DNA from: an uncultured Candidatus Saccharibacteria bacterium
Lineage (GTDB): Bacteria > Patescibacteriota > JAUYIX01 > CAYMIK01
NCBI GenBank assembly: GCA_964390745.1
Contig: CAYMIK010000001.1
Coordinates: 48,670-112,669, forward strand
DNA: 64,000 bases
Reading direction: 5' to 3'
Position 1 is the stretch's first letter, and every line of letters starts with the position of its first letter. The position numbers and the translations under genes were made by a program. Shown here one piece after another: positions 49,924 through 58,137 of this stretch. The notes under the pieces were generated by a model. The model made no database searches and was not told where the DNA came from. It worked only from the letters and a program-made list of their open reading frames with translations.

Positions 49924-51807
49924 ATGAAGAACCTCTTTCGCTCGGAGACGGCCTATGAACTCCTTTCGCTTTTTACTCAAGAACCGGTACAAAAGCGGTA
50001 TCTTGCGGAGATCGCTAAGGCACTCCAAAAAGATATGGCGAATACCACTCGTGAGCTCGAGAAACTCGTGAAGGAAGAAATTCTTGTCATGACTGAAGAA
50101 AATGGAAAGAAGTACTATCGACTCAATAGTTCCAATCCATTCACAAAAGAACTCTCGGCACTTTTTAAAAAGCTCGATGATGTGTACGTGCAGCGATCGT
50201 TCCAAAACAAGTGGCTTCTTGCCGAGGATATCCCAAACATGGATCCGTTTTTTAGTATGTTGTGGATGCGCTCGTTTGTTGATGAGTTTAAAAATCCAAG
50301 CGGAGTGGCATACAAAGAAGTTGTTGGAATATTTAAGGACTACCACCTATGGTTTTTCTTTGATGAAAAAGATGCCTACAACGTGGGCGAACACATTGTG
50401 AATAAAATGGAAAAGTCGCCGGAGTTCATGGAAGAGGTGAATAAAGAGATTGTGAAGCACTCCGATAAGCTTCGAGATTTTGCTCTTACGTTGCCAGAAG
50501 AAAACCTCAAGAAACTTTCGAATAAAAAACTTTGGGAGCTGTACAAAAAACACGACGACATTCACACGGCCTACTATCAGTGGGGATGGATTCCGGTAGC
50601 TGCTGATATGTTTGGTGGCAACCTCACGACTCGAGGTAAGGAAATTCTGAAGCAAAAAGGAGTCTCCGAAGAAAAGGTGAATGAGTACTTAAATATTCTT
50701 ACACAACCTACAGCCAAGTCGGCAATCGCGGAGGAGCAAGAAAGTTTAGAGCGCATTGGTGCGTTGGTGCAGGAAGATTCAAAGCAAGTGAAAATATTTG
50801 CTGAAATATTCCGAAAGTTTAAGGAAGAAGATGTAAAAAAGTACGGCTTGTATACCCACAGCGAAGAGTATGAGAAATTGTTTGAAGAAACGGTTCGCGT
50901 TTTGGAGTCACAGATTGCTCCAAAGATCCTGAAGAAGTTACAAGAACACTTCGCCAAATACTTTTACACAAAGTTTTTGTTTACAGAAGAGCAGGGCGTG
51001 TATTCGTTTGAGCACTATCTAAAATCTTTGGTTCGGCTCGTAAACTACGAACCAAATCTGGCTGTAAAGCTGCAAGACGAATCAAAAGAATTGGCAAGAA
51101 ATGCTAAGATTCGAAGTGAACTTATAAAGAAACTCAAGCTGAATACTTCGGAGATCCGATTCTTTGATGCCTGGGGTGAATTTATGGTGACAAAGATTTA
51201 CCGAAGATTCGCTCAGCTTTTTGCTCTGTACAAGATGGTTCCCATCCTCACGGAAATAGGTGCGCGTTTTGGTCTTACGCTCAAGCAAACGAAGTTCTTG
51301 ATGTACGAAGAGATTCGCGACGGGCTCTTGGAGGATCGCGTGAACAAAGAAATGACACGACAACGCGTTGCATTCTCAGTTTTTGTGACGCGTCCTGATT
51401 CGAGCGAGTTTATTACTGGGCTTTCGGCGAAGAAGATTGCCGAAGTTGTACAAAAGGAACACATTGAACAGGTGAGTGAGTTTTCAGGCCAATGTGGCTG
51501 CCCGGGCATTGCAGAGGGTCGTGTTCGTATCATCAATGAGGCACATGAAATGTCAAAGATGCATGATGGTGACATCCTTGTAGCAATTTCTACGCAGCCC
51601 GATCTTGTTCCAGCTATGAAAAAAGCCGCGGCAATTATTACAGACCAGGGAGGCGTGACAAGCCATGCGGCCATTGTTGCGCGCGAGATGCGAACACCCT
51701 GCGTGATTGGAACCAAGATTGGATCTAAGTTGCTTCATGATGGTGACTATGTGAAGGTGGACGCAACAAAGGGGAAGGTCCTCATTATAGAGAGCGCGAA
51801 AAAGTAA
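49924..51807 (+). CDS. PEP-utilising-enzyme mobile-domain protein (628 aa) with unassigned N-terminal region
   Basis: C-terminal GGVTSHAAIVAREMRTPCVIGT is the PEP-utilising phosphohistidine mobile domain. No ATP-grasp/nucleotide-binding region is recognisable upstream. Start taken at MKNLFRSETAYELL (ATG 49924), with promoter TTGACA-17-TATATT at 49874-49902. Confidence 0.6.
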   Translation: MKNLFRSETAYELLSLFTQEPVQKRYLAEIAKALQKDMANTTRELEKLVKEEILVMTEENGKKYYRLNSSNPFTKELSALFKKLDDVYVQRSFQNKWLLAEDIPNMDPFFSMLWMRSFVDEFKNPSGVAYKEVVGIFKDYHLWFFFDEKDAYNVGEHIVNKMEKSPEFMEEVNKEIVKHSDKLRDFALTLPEENLKKLSNKKLWELYKKHDDIHTAYYQWGWIPVAADMFGGNLTTRGKEILKQKGVSEEKVNEYLNILTQPTAKSAIAEEQESLERIGALVQEDSKQVKIFAEIFRKFKEEDVKKYGLYTHSEEYEKLFEETVRVLESQIAPKILKKLQEHFAKYFYTKFLFTEEQGVYSFEHYLKSLVRLVNYEPNLAVKLQDESKELARNAKIRSELIKKLKLNTSEIRFFDAWGEFMVTKIYRRFAQLFALYKMVPILTEIGARFGLTLKQTKFLMYEEIRDGLLEDRVNKEMTRQRVAFSVFVTRPDSSEFITGLSAKKIAEVVQKEHIEQVSEFSGQCGCPGIAEGRVRIINEAHEMSKMHDGDILVAISTQPDLVPAMKKAAAIITDQGGVTSHAAIVAREMRTPCVIGTKIGSKLLHDGDYVKVDATKGKVLIIESAKK

Positions 51808-51871
51808 CAATGACTCGAAACAAAAATCCTGCCGCACGGCAGGATTTTTTTTGATCGACGTGATTTCGCCT

Positions 51872-53629
51872 TTAGGTTTCGATAATCACCGGCAACACCA
51901 TTGGGCGTCGTGCGGTCTTTTGCCAGAGGTACTGGCCGATATCGTTTCGAACCTTATTCTTGACCATGTCAAAGTTTGGTTCACTGTTGGCATCCTTTTT
52001 CTCGAAAGCCTTCTTCACAATAACTTTCGCGCCTTCAATGATGTCGGAGTTTTCTTTCATGTAGGTGAAACCGCGAGAAATAATTTCTGGGTCAGAAACC
52101 AACGCACCGTTTCGTCCTTCAACCGTCATCATGATCACGAACATGCCGTCTTCGGCAAGTTGCTCACGGTCACGCAAGACAACGTTTGAAACGTCGCCAA
52201 CGCCAAGCCCGTCAACCATAACGTGATCGGCATTCACTCGTTGCTGAGTCAAAACACCTTTGCCACCATGGAATTCCATAATCTGTCCGTTATCGGGCAA
52301 GAAAATATTGGAAGCGGGGAATCCAATGGACTCAGCGATGTCAGCATTAATAGCTCGCATGTACACTTGGCCGTGATTTGGCAAGAAGTACTTTGGGTTT
52401 ACCAAACGAATCATGAGCTTGTTGTCTTCGCTCCAACCGTGACCACCAGAGTGAACGTCCATCATGCGGTAGTTAATAACTTTCGCTTGTTGTCGGTGAA
52501 GGTTGTCACGCAAGTGCTGAACGGTTCGTTCGTTTCCGGCGATAACCGAAGACGAGAACAAAACAGTGTCACCCTTTTTCAAGTGAATGAAGCGGTGATC
52601 GCCTGAAGCAATTCGTGAAAGTGCGGCATTCTCTTCGCCCTGTGCACCTGTCGCCAAAACAACCACGCGGTTATCTGGGAGGCGATTCACTTCTTGCGAA
52701 TCAACGAGAATCTTTGGATTGATGTTAATTTTCTTCAGGGTGTGTGCAATGTCGATGTAATTCTTCATTGAGCGGCCTTCAATAGCAACCTTTCGGCCGT
52801 ACTTTTCTGCCAAGTTCAAGATCTGTTGAATTCGTCCTAAGTGGGATGAAAACACACCAACAATCAATCGTCCTTTGAGGGTGCTAAAGATGTTGTCGAT
52901 GTTTGCCATAATTTCTTTTTCAGAAACGGCATACCCTTTGTTTTCACAGCTCGTTGAGTCACACCACAAAGCTATAACATTCATGTCATGAAACTTTGCG
53001 ATGGCGGCAATATTTGCTGGCTTGTCTCCAACGGGTGAGTGGTCAAACTTAAAGTCACCTGTGAAAATCACGATTCCTTCTGGCGTGTGAACGGCGATTC
53101 CCATCGAATCAGGAATGTTGTGGTTCACGTGGAAGAACTCTAATTGCATACGACCAAGTTTTACAATATCACCAGGTTGTACCGCGTGAATGTTGAGTTT
53201 GGTGTTAACACTAAACTCCTCATGACGCTTGTCCATGATGCCCTTTGCAAGTGCTGGGGCATACACGGGTGGGTTGCCAATTCGTGGCAAGACATAGGAA
53301 GCCGCACCAACATGGTCTAAGTGACCGTGTGTAATGGCAACAGCTTTAATGTTTCGTTCTTTACCTTTGAGATAATCAACATTCGGGATAACGAAATCGA
53401 CTCCAGGCATATTTTCTTCCGGAAATTGCACGCCAACGTCGATAATAATGATGTCGCCATCATATTCAACGAGTGTGCAGTTTCGACCAACTTCTTCTAA
53501 GCCACCTAAGGCCATCATGCGAAGCTTTTTGTCGTTCGGACTTTGCTGGATAAATTTCTTTACTTCCTCTTTTTTACGTCGGGGGAAGAATGGACGTTTT
53601 GGCATTTTCTGCCGTGATTGAATCATCAT
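51872..53629 (-). CDS. rnj: Ribonuclease J (metallo-beta-lactamase / beta-CASP RNase)
   Basis: ALGGLEEVGRNCTLVEYDGDIIIIDVGVQFP...AITHGHLDHVGAASYVLP (HxHxDH motif). 585 aa. Confidence 0.85.
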   Translation of the reverse strand: MMIQSRQKMPKRPFFPRRKKEEVKKFIQQSPNDKKLRMMALGGLEEVGRNCTLVEYDGDIIIIDVGVQFPEENMPGVDFVIPNVDYLKGKERNIKAVAITHGHLDHVGAASYVLPRIGNPPVYAPALAKGIMDKRHEEFSVNTKLNIHAVQPGDIVKLGRMQLEFFHVNHNIPDSMGIAVHTPEGIVIFTGDFKFDHSPVGDKPANIAAIAKFHDMNVIALWCDSTSCENKGYAVSEKEIMANIDNIFSTLKGRLIVGVFSSHLGRIQQILNLAEKYGRKVAIEGRSMKNYIDIAHTLKKININPKILVDSQEVNRLPDNRVVVLATGAQGEENAALSRIASGDHRFIHLKKGDTVLFSSSVIAGNERTVQHLRDNLHRQQAKVINYRMMDVHSGGHGWSEDNKLMIRLVNPKYFLPNHGQVYMRAINADIAESIGFPASNIFLPDNGQIMEFHGGKGVLTQQRVNADHVMVDGLGVGDVSNVVLRDREQLAEDGMFVIMMTVEGRNGALVSDPEIISRGFTYMKENSDIIEGAKVIVKKAFEKKDANSEPNFDMVKNKVRNDIGQYLWQKTARRPMVLPVIIET

Positions 53630-53867
53630 GTGATTCTTTTCTTAAATTAAACTGAATAAATTTTGAGTTTTGAATTCGTGCGGTCTCTTTGGCATTCCCT
53701 TTTGCGCCGTGTCAGCTCGCTCCTGCGAGCTCGCCCTCGCTCTTTTTGCCCTTCGGGCAAAAACCGTGCCCGCTCAGGCTCCGGGCGCCGCAAAAAGAAA
53801 CGCCAAATCGACCGCACTATTCAAATATTTTTTATGATCTGCAGCCTCAACTGCAGAATAACCAACC

Positions 53868-55610
53868 TTACTTAAAGACTCGCTTTGTCTTCACGTAAAG
53901 ATCTTTCACATCAATAAACCGGTCGGACGGCGTACTGATATTTGTGATCGAAGTCCCAGAGAGATTTCGATATGTTGGATACAAATAATTAGGGGAGTAG
54001 AGGAAGATCGTTGAAGCCCCGTTCGTAATGGTTTTCTGGATAGCTTCATATTTTGCAGCTCGATCTTTTGGATCGGTAGAAGTTCGTGCGGCAACAAGCT
54101 GCTTGTCTAAGCCTTCATCCTTCACGAATCCCAAGTTCAAACCCGGATCAAATGCTTGGCTCGAGTGCCAGAACGGATACAGATCAGCGTCTAAGCCAAG
54201 ATTTTGCGAAAACAATAATGCTTCATACTTTCGTGGGCGAATAAATGTCTGCTGAATTTCGGCGACGCTAAAGGTTTGGACTTCCAAATTTATTCCGGCT
54301 TGATTCCACGACTCTTTCAAATAATTTGCCGTCGCAACATTTTGTGGCCAGTCAGTAGTTTGTAAGTGGATGGTAAGCTCTTTGCCGTTTTTGTCGTAGA
54401 AGAAGCCGTCATCACGCTGTTTGTAGTCAGCGGAAGTGAGCTGTTTTTTTGCAGCTTCAATATTAAAGTCATACTTTGTAACGTTGTCGGTGTATCCCAA
54501 AAATCCTGGCAAGAGTGGGCCGTTCACGGGAATGCCGTGACCCTTCAAAACATTTTGAATCAGGCCGTTCTTGTCTGTCGCGTAGGAGATTGCACGGCGA
54601 ACTTCAATTTTTGAGAGTGCCGAATTTTCGGAGGGATTCAAAAATACAGAAGTTGCTACCGGTAATCGATATTCGTGAATATTCACTCCTTTGCGAGTAA
54701 TAGAACCGAGACTTGTTGCATCGATGTAGTTCATACCGTCTATCTTTTTTCGATTGAACGCATTGATCATATCATCGGGCGTTTGGTAGAAGTCGAATTC
54801 GATCGAATTGATCATGGGTTGACCACCGTAGTAGTCTGTATTTTTATCCAACGTGAACGACAAGATATCGCCCGCGCTCTTATCTTTTTTCAATTCAGAA
54901 AACTTAAATGGACCAGTTCCGATTGGTTTGTGGTTTTCTTCCACCACGGTTGCATTGGTTGCTGGAACGCTCTGCCAAATGTGTGCTGGCAAAATTCCAA
55001 AGGTGAGTGTGGTCAAGAACGGAGCAAACGCAGAAGGCAAAACAAACTTTACGGTGTTGTCATCAACCTTGGAAACAGTAATTCCTTTCAAGCTTGGACG
55101 AAGTGGGCTCGCGTAGTTCTGATCTTGAATGGCGCCAACAGTAAAGATAACGTCATCAGCGCTGAATGTTTCGCCATCATGCCACTTCACGCCTTTGCGT
55201 AAGTGAAACGTATAGGTTTTTTTGTCAGAGGAAATATCGTAGCTTTCTGCGAGGTCAGTCACAACTTGGTAATTTGCGTCTACGCGCATCAAGCCAGAGA
55301 AAACAAGCGCCGAAATGTCTCGGTCTGCATCAGTGGTTTGGTTATACAAAGGGTTAATGAACTTTGGTTCACCAACAATGCCTTCTTTGTAGACTCCGCC
55401 TGCGATTCCAATCGCGTTTGTTTGCGAGATGTACCAGCGGTAGACCGACAAAAGAGCACCAGCAACGACAACGATAAGTGCGATCGTGACGATCAACTTG
55501 TCGCCCGTTTTGAAAAGTTTTGGTGTGTGAACAATCTTTTTCCAAAACGAAGGTTTGCTTCCATTTACAGGAAGCGGTGCAGGATTTTGGGTTGGGGAAG
55601 AATTCAACAT
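53868..55610 (-). CDS. ABC transporter substrate-binding protein, family 5 (OppA/DppA-like), membrane-anchored
   Basis: 580 aa. N-terminal TM anchor. Mature domain starts with the SBP_bac_5-like GGVYKEGIVGEPKFINPLY... Confidence 0.75.
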   Translation of the reverse strand: MLNSSPTQNPAPLPVNGSKPSFWKKIVHTPKLFKTGDKLIVTIALIVVVAGALLSVYRWYISQTNAIGIAGGVYKEGIVGEPKFINPLYNQTTDADRDISALVFSGLMRVDANYQVVTDLAESYDISSDKKTYTFHLRKGVKWHDGETFSADDVIFTVGAIQDQNYASPLRPSLKGITVSKVDDNTVKFVLPSAFAPFLTTLTFGILPAHIWQSVPATNATVVEENHKPIGTGPFKFSELKKDKSAGDILSFTLDKNTDYYGGQPMINSIEFDFYQTPDDMINAFNRKKIDGMNYIDATSLGSITRKGVNIHEYRLPVATSVFLNPSENSALSKIEVRRAISYATDKNGLIQNVLKGHGIPVNGPLLPGFLGYTDNVTKYDFNIEAAKKQLTSADYKQRDDGFFYDKNGKELTIHLQTTDWPQNVATANYLKESWNQAGINLEVQTFSVAEIQQTFIRPRKYEALLFSQNLGLDADLYPFWHSSQAFDPGLNLGFVKDEGLDKQLVAARTSTDPKDRAAKYEAIQKTITNGASTIFLYSPNYLYPTYRNLSGTSITNISTPSDRFIDVKDLYVKTKRVFK

Positions 55611-55828
55611 TAGATAAAGAGAGCTGCTACAGACGCTCCGAAAAAGAGGATAGCGAGTACGATCGTAATAATAAACAGTGCCTTTTCGGGACCTCTTTTT
55701 TGGAAAATGATTGTCTCGCCACCAAAGGTGTTGCCAATGCCCGTGCTCTTGTTCTGTAGCAAAACAGCTACAGTCATGAGGACTGCGAGTACAATTTGAG
55801 CAATAGTAATGATCTGAGTAATAGGCAT
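55610..55828 (-). CDS. secG: Preprotein translocase subunit SecG
   Basis: MPITQIITIAQIVLAVLMTVAVLLQNKSTGIGNTFGG... 72 aa. 1-nt overlap with the downstream SBP gene start. Confidence 0.75.
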   Translation of the reverse strand: MPITQIITIAQIVLAVLMTVAVLLQNKSTGIGNTFGGETIIFQKRGPEKALFIITIVLAILFFGASVAALFI

Positions 55829-56108
55829 AGATTCAGTCGGGGGCGGGTTTCGGACCCGCTTGGGACATTTCAGGTAACACGAAGACAATAGCACGAAGGG
55901 TGTGATTTGTCAAGGTTGGAGAGTTTTTTGAGGTACGTTTGAGGGTGAGTTCAAGGGGCGGAAAATGGACGAAAAACAAACACCGAGAAGCTTGCTGTTG
56001 CAGGGCTTCTCGGCGGAAGCCGCCTAGACTCAAAGTTATTATAGTTATGGGCTTTTTGCTATAATTCTGGTGAGACGTGAGGGGAAGGATACACGAAAAC
56101 GTGGGGAC

Positions 56109-56137
56109 TTGACAAAGTCCTTACAATCGTGTATAAT
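56109..56137 (+). promoter_or_regulatory. Perfect-consensus sigma70 promoter (TTGACA-17-TATAAT) driving island F gene
   Basis: ggggacTTGACAaagtccttacaatcgtgTATAATagcc. RBS GGAGGAA at 56204-56210 precedes the GTG at 56215. Confidence 0.6.
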
Positions 56138-56214
56138 AGCCCGTTCACAATCTCTGTTCTGTTCCTTAACATCAATTCGACACTCGAGGTGAACATCGAG
56201 TGTGGAGGAACATC

Positions 56215-57963
56215 GTGGAAAAGCCCAAGCTTACGTGGAGCCAGGCTATGACGATTGGCGCCCTGGCCTGGGCGCAAGAAGTTCAACACGAAGTTCGAAC
56301 TATGACTCAGGAGGTTCTCGAGCGCATCCAGCAGTTTTCGTGGATCGCGCTTCGGGCTAACCTCGGGGTGTTCGCAAAGGCGTTTCTGAAGTACATCGCG
56401 CCTGCGCTCATCCCGCTCGTGCTCATGCTCGTGGTTCCTTCGGCAGTCGGAGGAATCGTGAAGCTGCTCTGTGTGCCCGTCTTCATCGCTGTCGCCCGTT
56501 GGGGCTACAAGCGGTTCAAGGCGGCGTGTTGGGACAAGCCGTGGATTTTTCTTGCGGCTTCGATCGCCATCCCTGTGGTGGCGAGCTTCGGGTTCCGATA
56601 CGCCATCCAGGCGTTCGGGTTCAAGCTCTTGCTCGTCGCGATCCCACTAACCCTGATTCGGTTCATGTGGAGTTTCGGACGTCTCACGCTCGTGCTGTTT
56701 GCGGAGACGTTCGTACTGGTTGCTGTTGTCTTCAACTTCGGCTTCCCGCGCGTCTTCAAGTGCGATGCCCAGAGGGGCGTCGAGCCTCTCGTGACTGGGT
56801 GCACCATCACCCAGAACCACATCCCGTGGAACACGATGACGATGTCGAGTATCCTCGGGGACTGGTTGAAGACGTTGCCCGGGTTTCCGGGTAACTCCAA
56901 CGTCTCCGCTACCTTCCGAGACATTTCGGTGTCTTCGGATGGCAAGGCGTTCTGGGGAGTGGCCGGATGGTCGGACACTCAGGTGGAGAAGTCCGTGGCG
57001 GTCAAGATCGATATCGCGACCCACAAGGTCATCAAGGCGATCTGGATCTATACGCCATTTACGGTTCGCTGCAGCAAAGAGTTCGGTCTCTGTTCTATCG
57101 TTTCGCAGATGGGTAATCGAGTCTATCTGATCGATGACGTCACCAACGAGGTCGTGCGAGAGTACGATCTCAGTGGGGCGATGCCAAGCTACCAGATGGA
57201 AACAGGGAGAGGAGAGATCCTTTTCCTGTGCATGCCCTCCAGCGGTATCGACCGAGAGCGCATTGCGCCGCTCGGACCAGTGGAGCAGGTTCGCTGGGAA
57301 GACACCGGCGCCTCGCTACTTCTGGGTAAGCTGGAACTGGCGACGGGAGTCTTTACGATCCAGCCGGTGAAGGGCAAGTACGACAGCGCCCTCATGGGTA
57401 AGGAGACCATGTTCGCTTCGTATGACCCGGTACATGAGAAGATCATGCTGGGTGCAACAAAGTTGGGCGTTATCGACCTCGGGTCGATGACGTACAGCAA
57501 GGTGCCTGGCAGCGGTCTCACGCAGTTTCTTCCGGGAAACACGACGGCCGGTGCCGTGGTGGATACCCGGACCGGGACCATCTACGCAAACAGACCAGCA
57601 TTCGGCATCTATAGTTACCGCTACGAGAACGGCGTGCTGCGGGTGACGGGGAAGATCTCCGTGGACCTTGGTGGGCGTCTTCTTCTGACCGATCCGCGAC
57701 GCGGATTGGTCTACAGCGCGAACTATGGGCGTGGATTTGTGGAGGTCATCGACCCTACAGTACCTAGCCCAAAGCCGATGCGATGGACGGTGGGTAACAA
57801 CATCCGTAGCCTCAAGCTTGATCTCGGCGAGAGCCCGGATGAAGACTGGCTGTATGTTGCCAGCGCGTTCGGATATACGAGAATCAATCTGAGCGAGGCC
57901 CTCGGGGAGCGTTACCTCCCGAATGTACAGACCGCGTCGAATTCGGATGCGGTCATACGGTGA
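56215..57963 (+). CDS. Hypothetical membrane protein (4-5 N-terminal TM helices) with C-terminal YVTN-like beta-propeller domain, encoded in high-GC island F
   Basis: 583 aa from the GTG at 56215; the track starts at 56200. TM helices IAPALIPLVLMLVVPSAVGGIV, FLAASIAIPVVASFGF, LLLVAIPLTLIRFMW, LTLVLFAETFVLVAVVF. C-terminal repeats resemble YVTN propeller blades (VYLIDDVTNEVVREYDL, LGATKLGVIDLGSMTYSKV, GLVYSANYGRGFVEVIDPTV). High GC. Confidence 0.6.
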   Translation: MEKPKLTWSQAMTIGALAWAQEVQHEVRTMTQEVLERIQQFSWIALRANLGVFAKAFLKYIAPALIPLVLMLVVPSAVGGIVKLLCVPVFIAVARWGYKRFKAACWDKPWIFLAASIAIPVVASFGFRYAIQAFGFKLLLVAIPLTLIRFMWSFGRLTLVLFAETFVLVAVVFNFGFPRVFKCDAQRGVEPLVTGCTITQNHIPWNTMTMSSILGDWLKTLPGFPGNSNVSATFRDISVSSDGKAFWGVAGWSDTQVEKSVAVKIDIATHKVIKAIWIYTPFTVRCSKEFGLCSIVSQMGNRVYLIDDVTNEVVREYDLSGAMPSYQMETGRGEILFLCMPSSGIDRERIAPLGPVEQVRWEDTGASLLLGKLELATGVFTIQPVKGKYDSALMGKETMFASYDPVHEKIMLGATKLGVIDLGSMTYSKVPGSGLTQFLPGNTTAGAVVDTRTGTIYANRPAFGIYSYRYENGVLRVTGKISVDLGGRLLLTDPRRGLVYSANYGRGFVEVIDPTVPSPKPMRWTVGNNIRSLKLDLGESPDEDWLYVASAFGYTRINLSEALGERYLPNVQTASNSDAVIR

Positions 57964-57976
57964 TGGAGGTTCTGTT

Positions 57977-58050
57977 CAGGACGCTGTGTCGTCCTGAATT
58001 CGCCCGGTGCGCACTCTTTTTCGAAGAGAGCGCCCGGGTTTTTCTTTTGC
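57977..58050 (+). terminator. Tandem hairpins plus T-run terminator after island F gene
   Basis: TTCAGGACG-ctgtgt-CGTCCTGAA, then GCGCACTCTT-tttcg-AAGAGAGCGC followed by CCGGGTTTTTCTTTTG. Confidence 0.55.
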
Positions 58051-58137
58051 AAAAAACGCCCTCCCAAAATTTCATCAAACGTGTTATAATATTTTCAAAG
58101 GTTCGCCAACTTCCAGGCGAGCTTTGAAACCTTTTTC

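Noticed and set aside
53663-53898. Two ~70-aa plus-strand ORFs in the RNase J leader region
   Set aside because: Pro/Ala/Leu-rich translations of a GC-rich hairpin region. No RBS. More likely structured non-coding RNA or terminator sequence.
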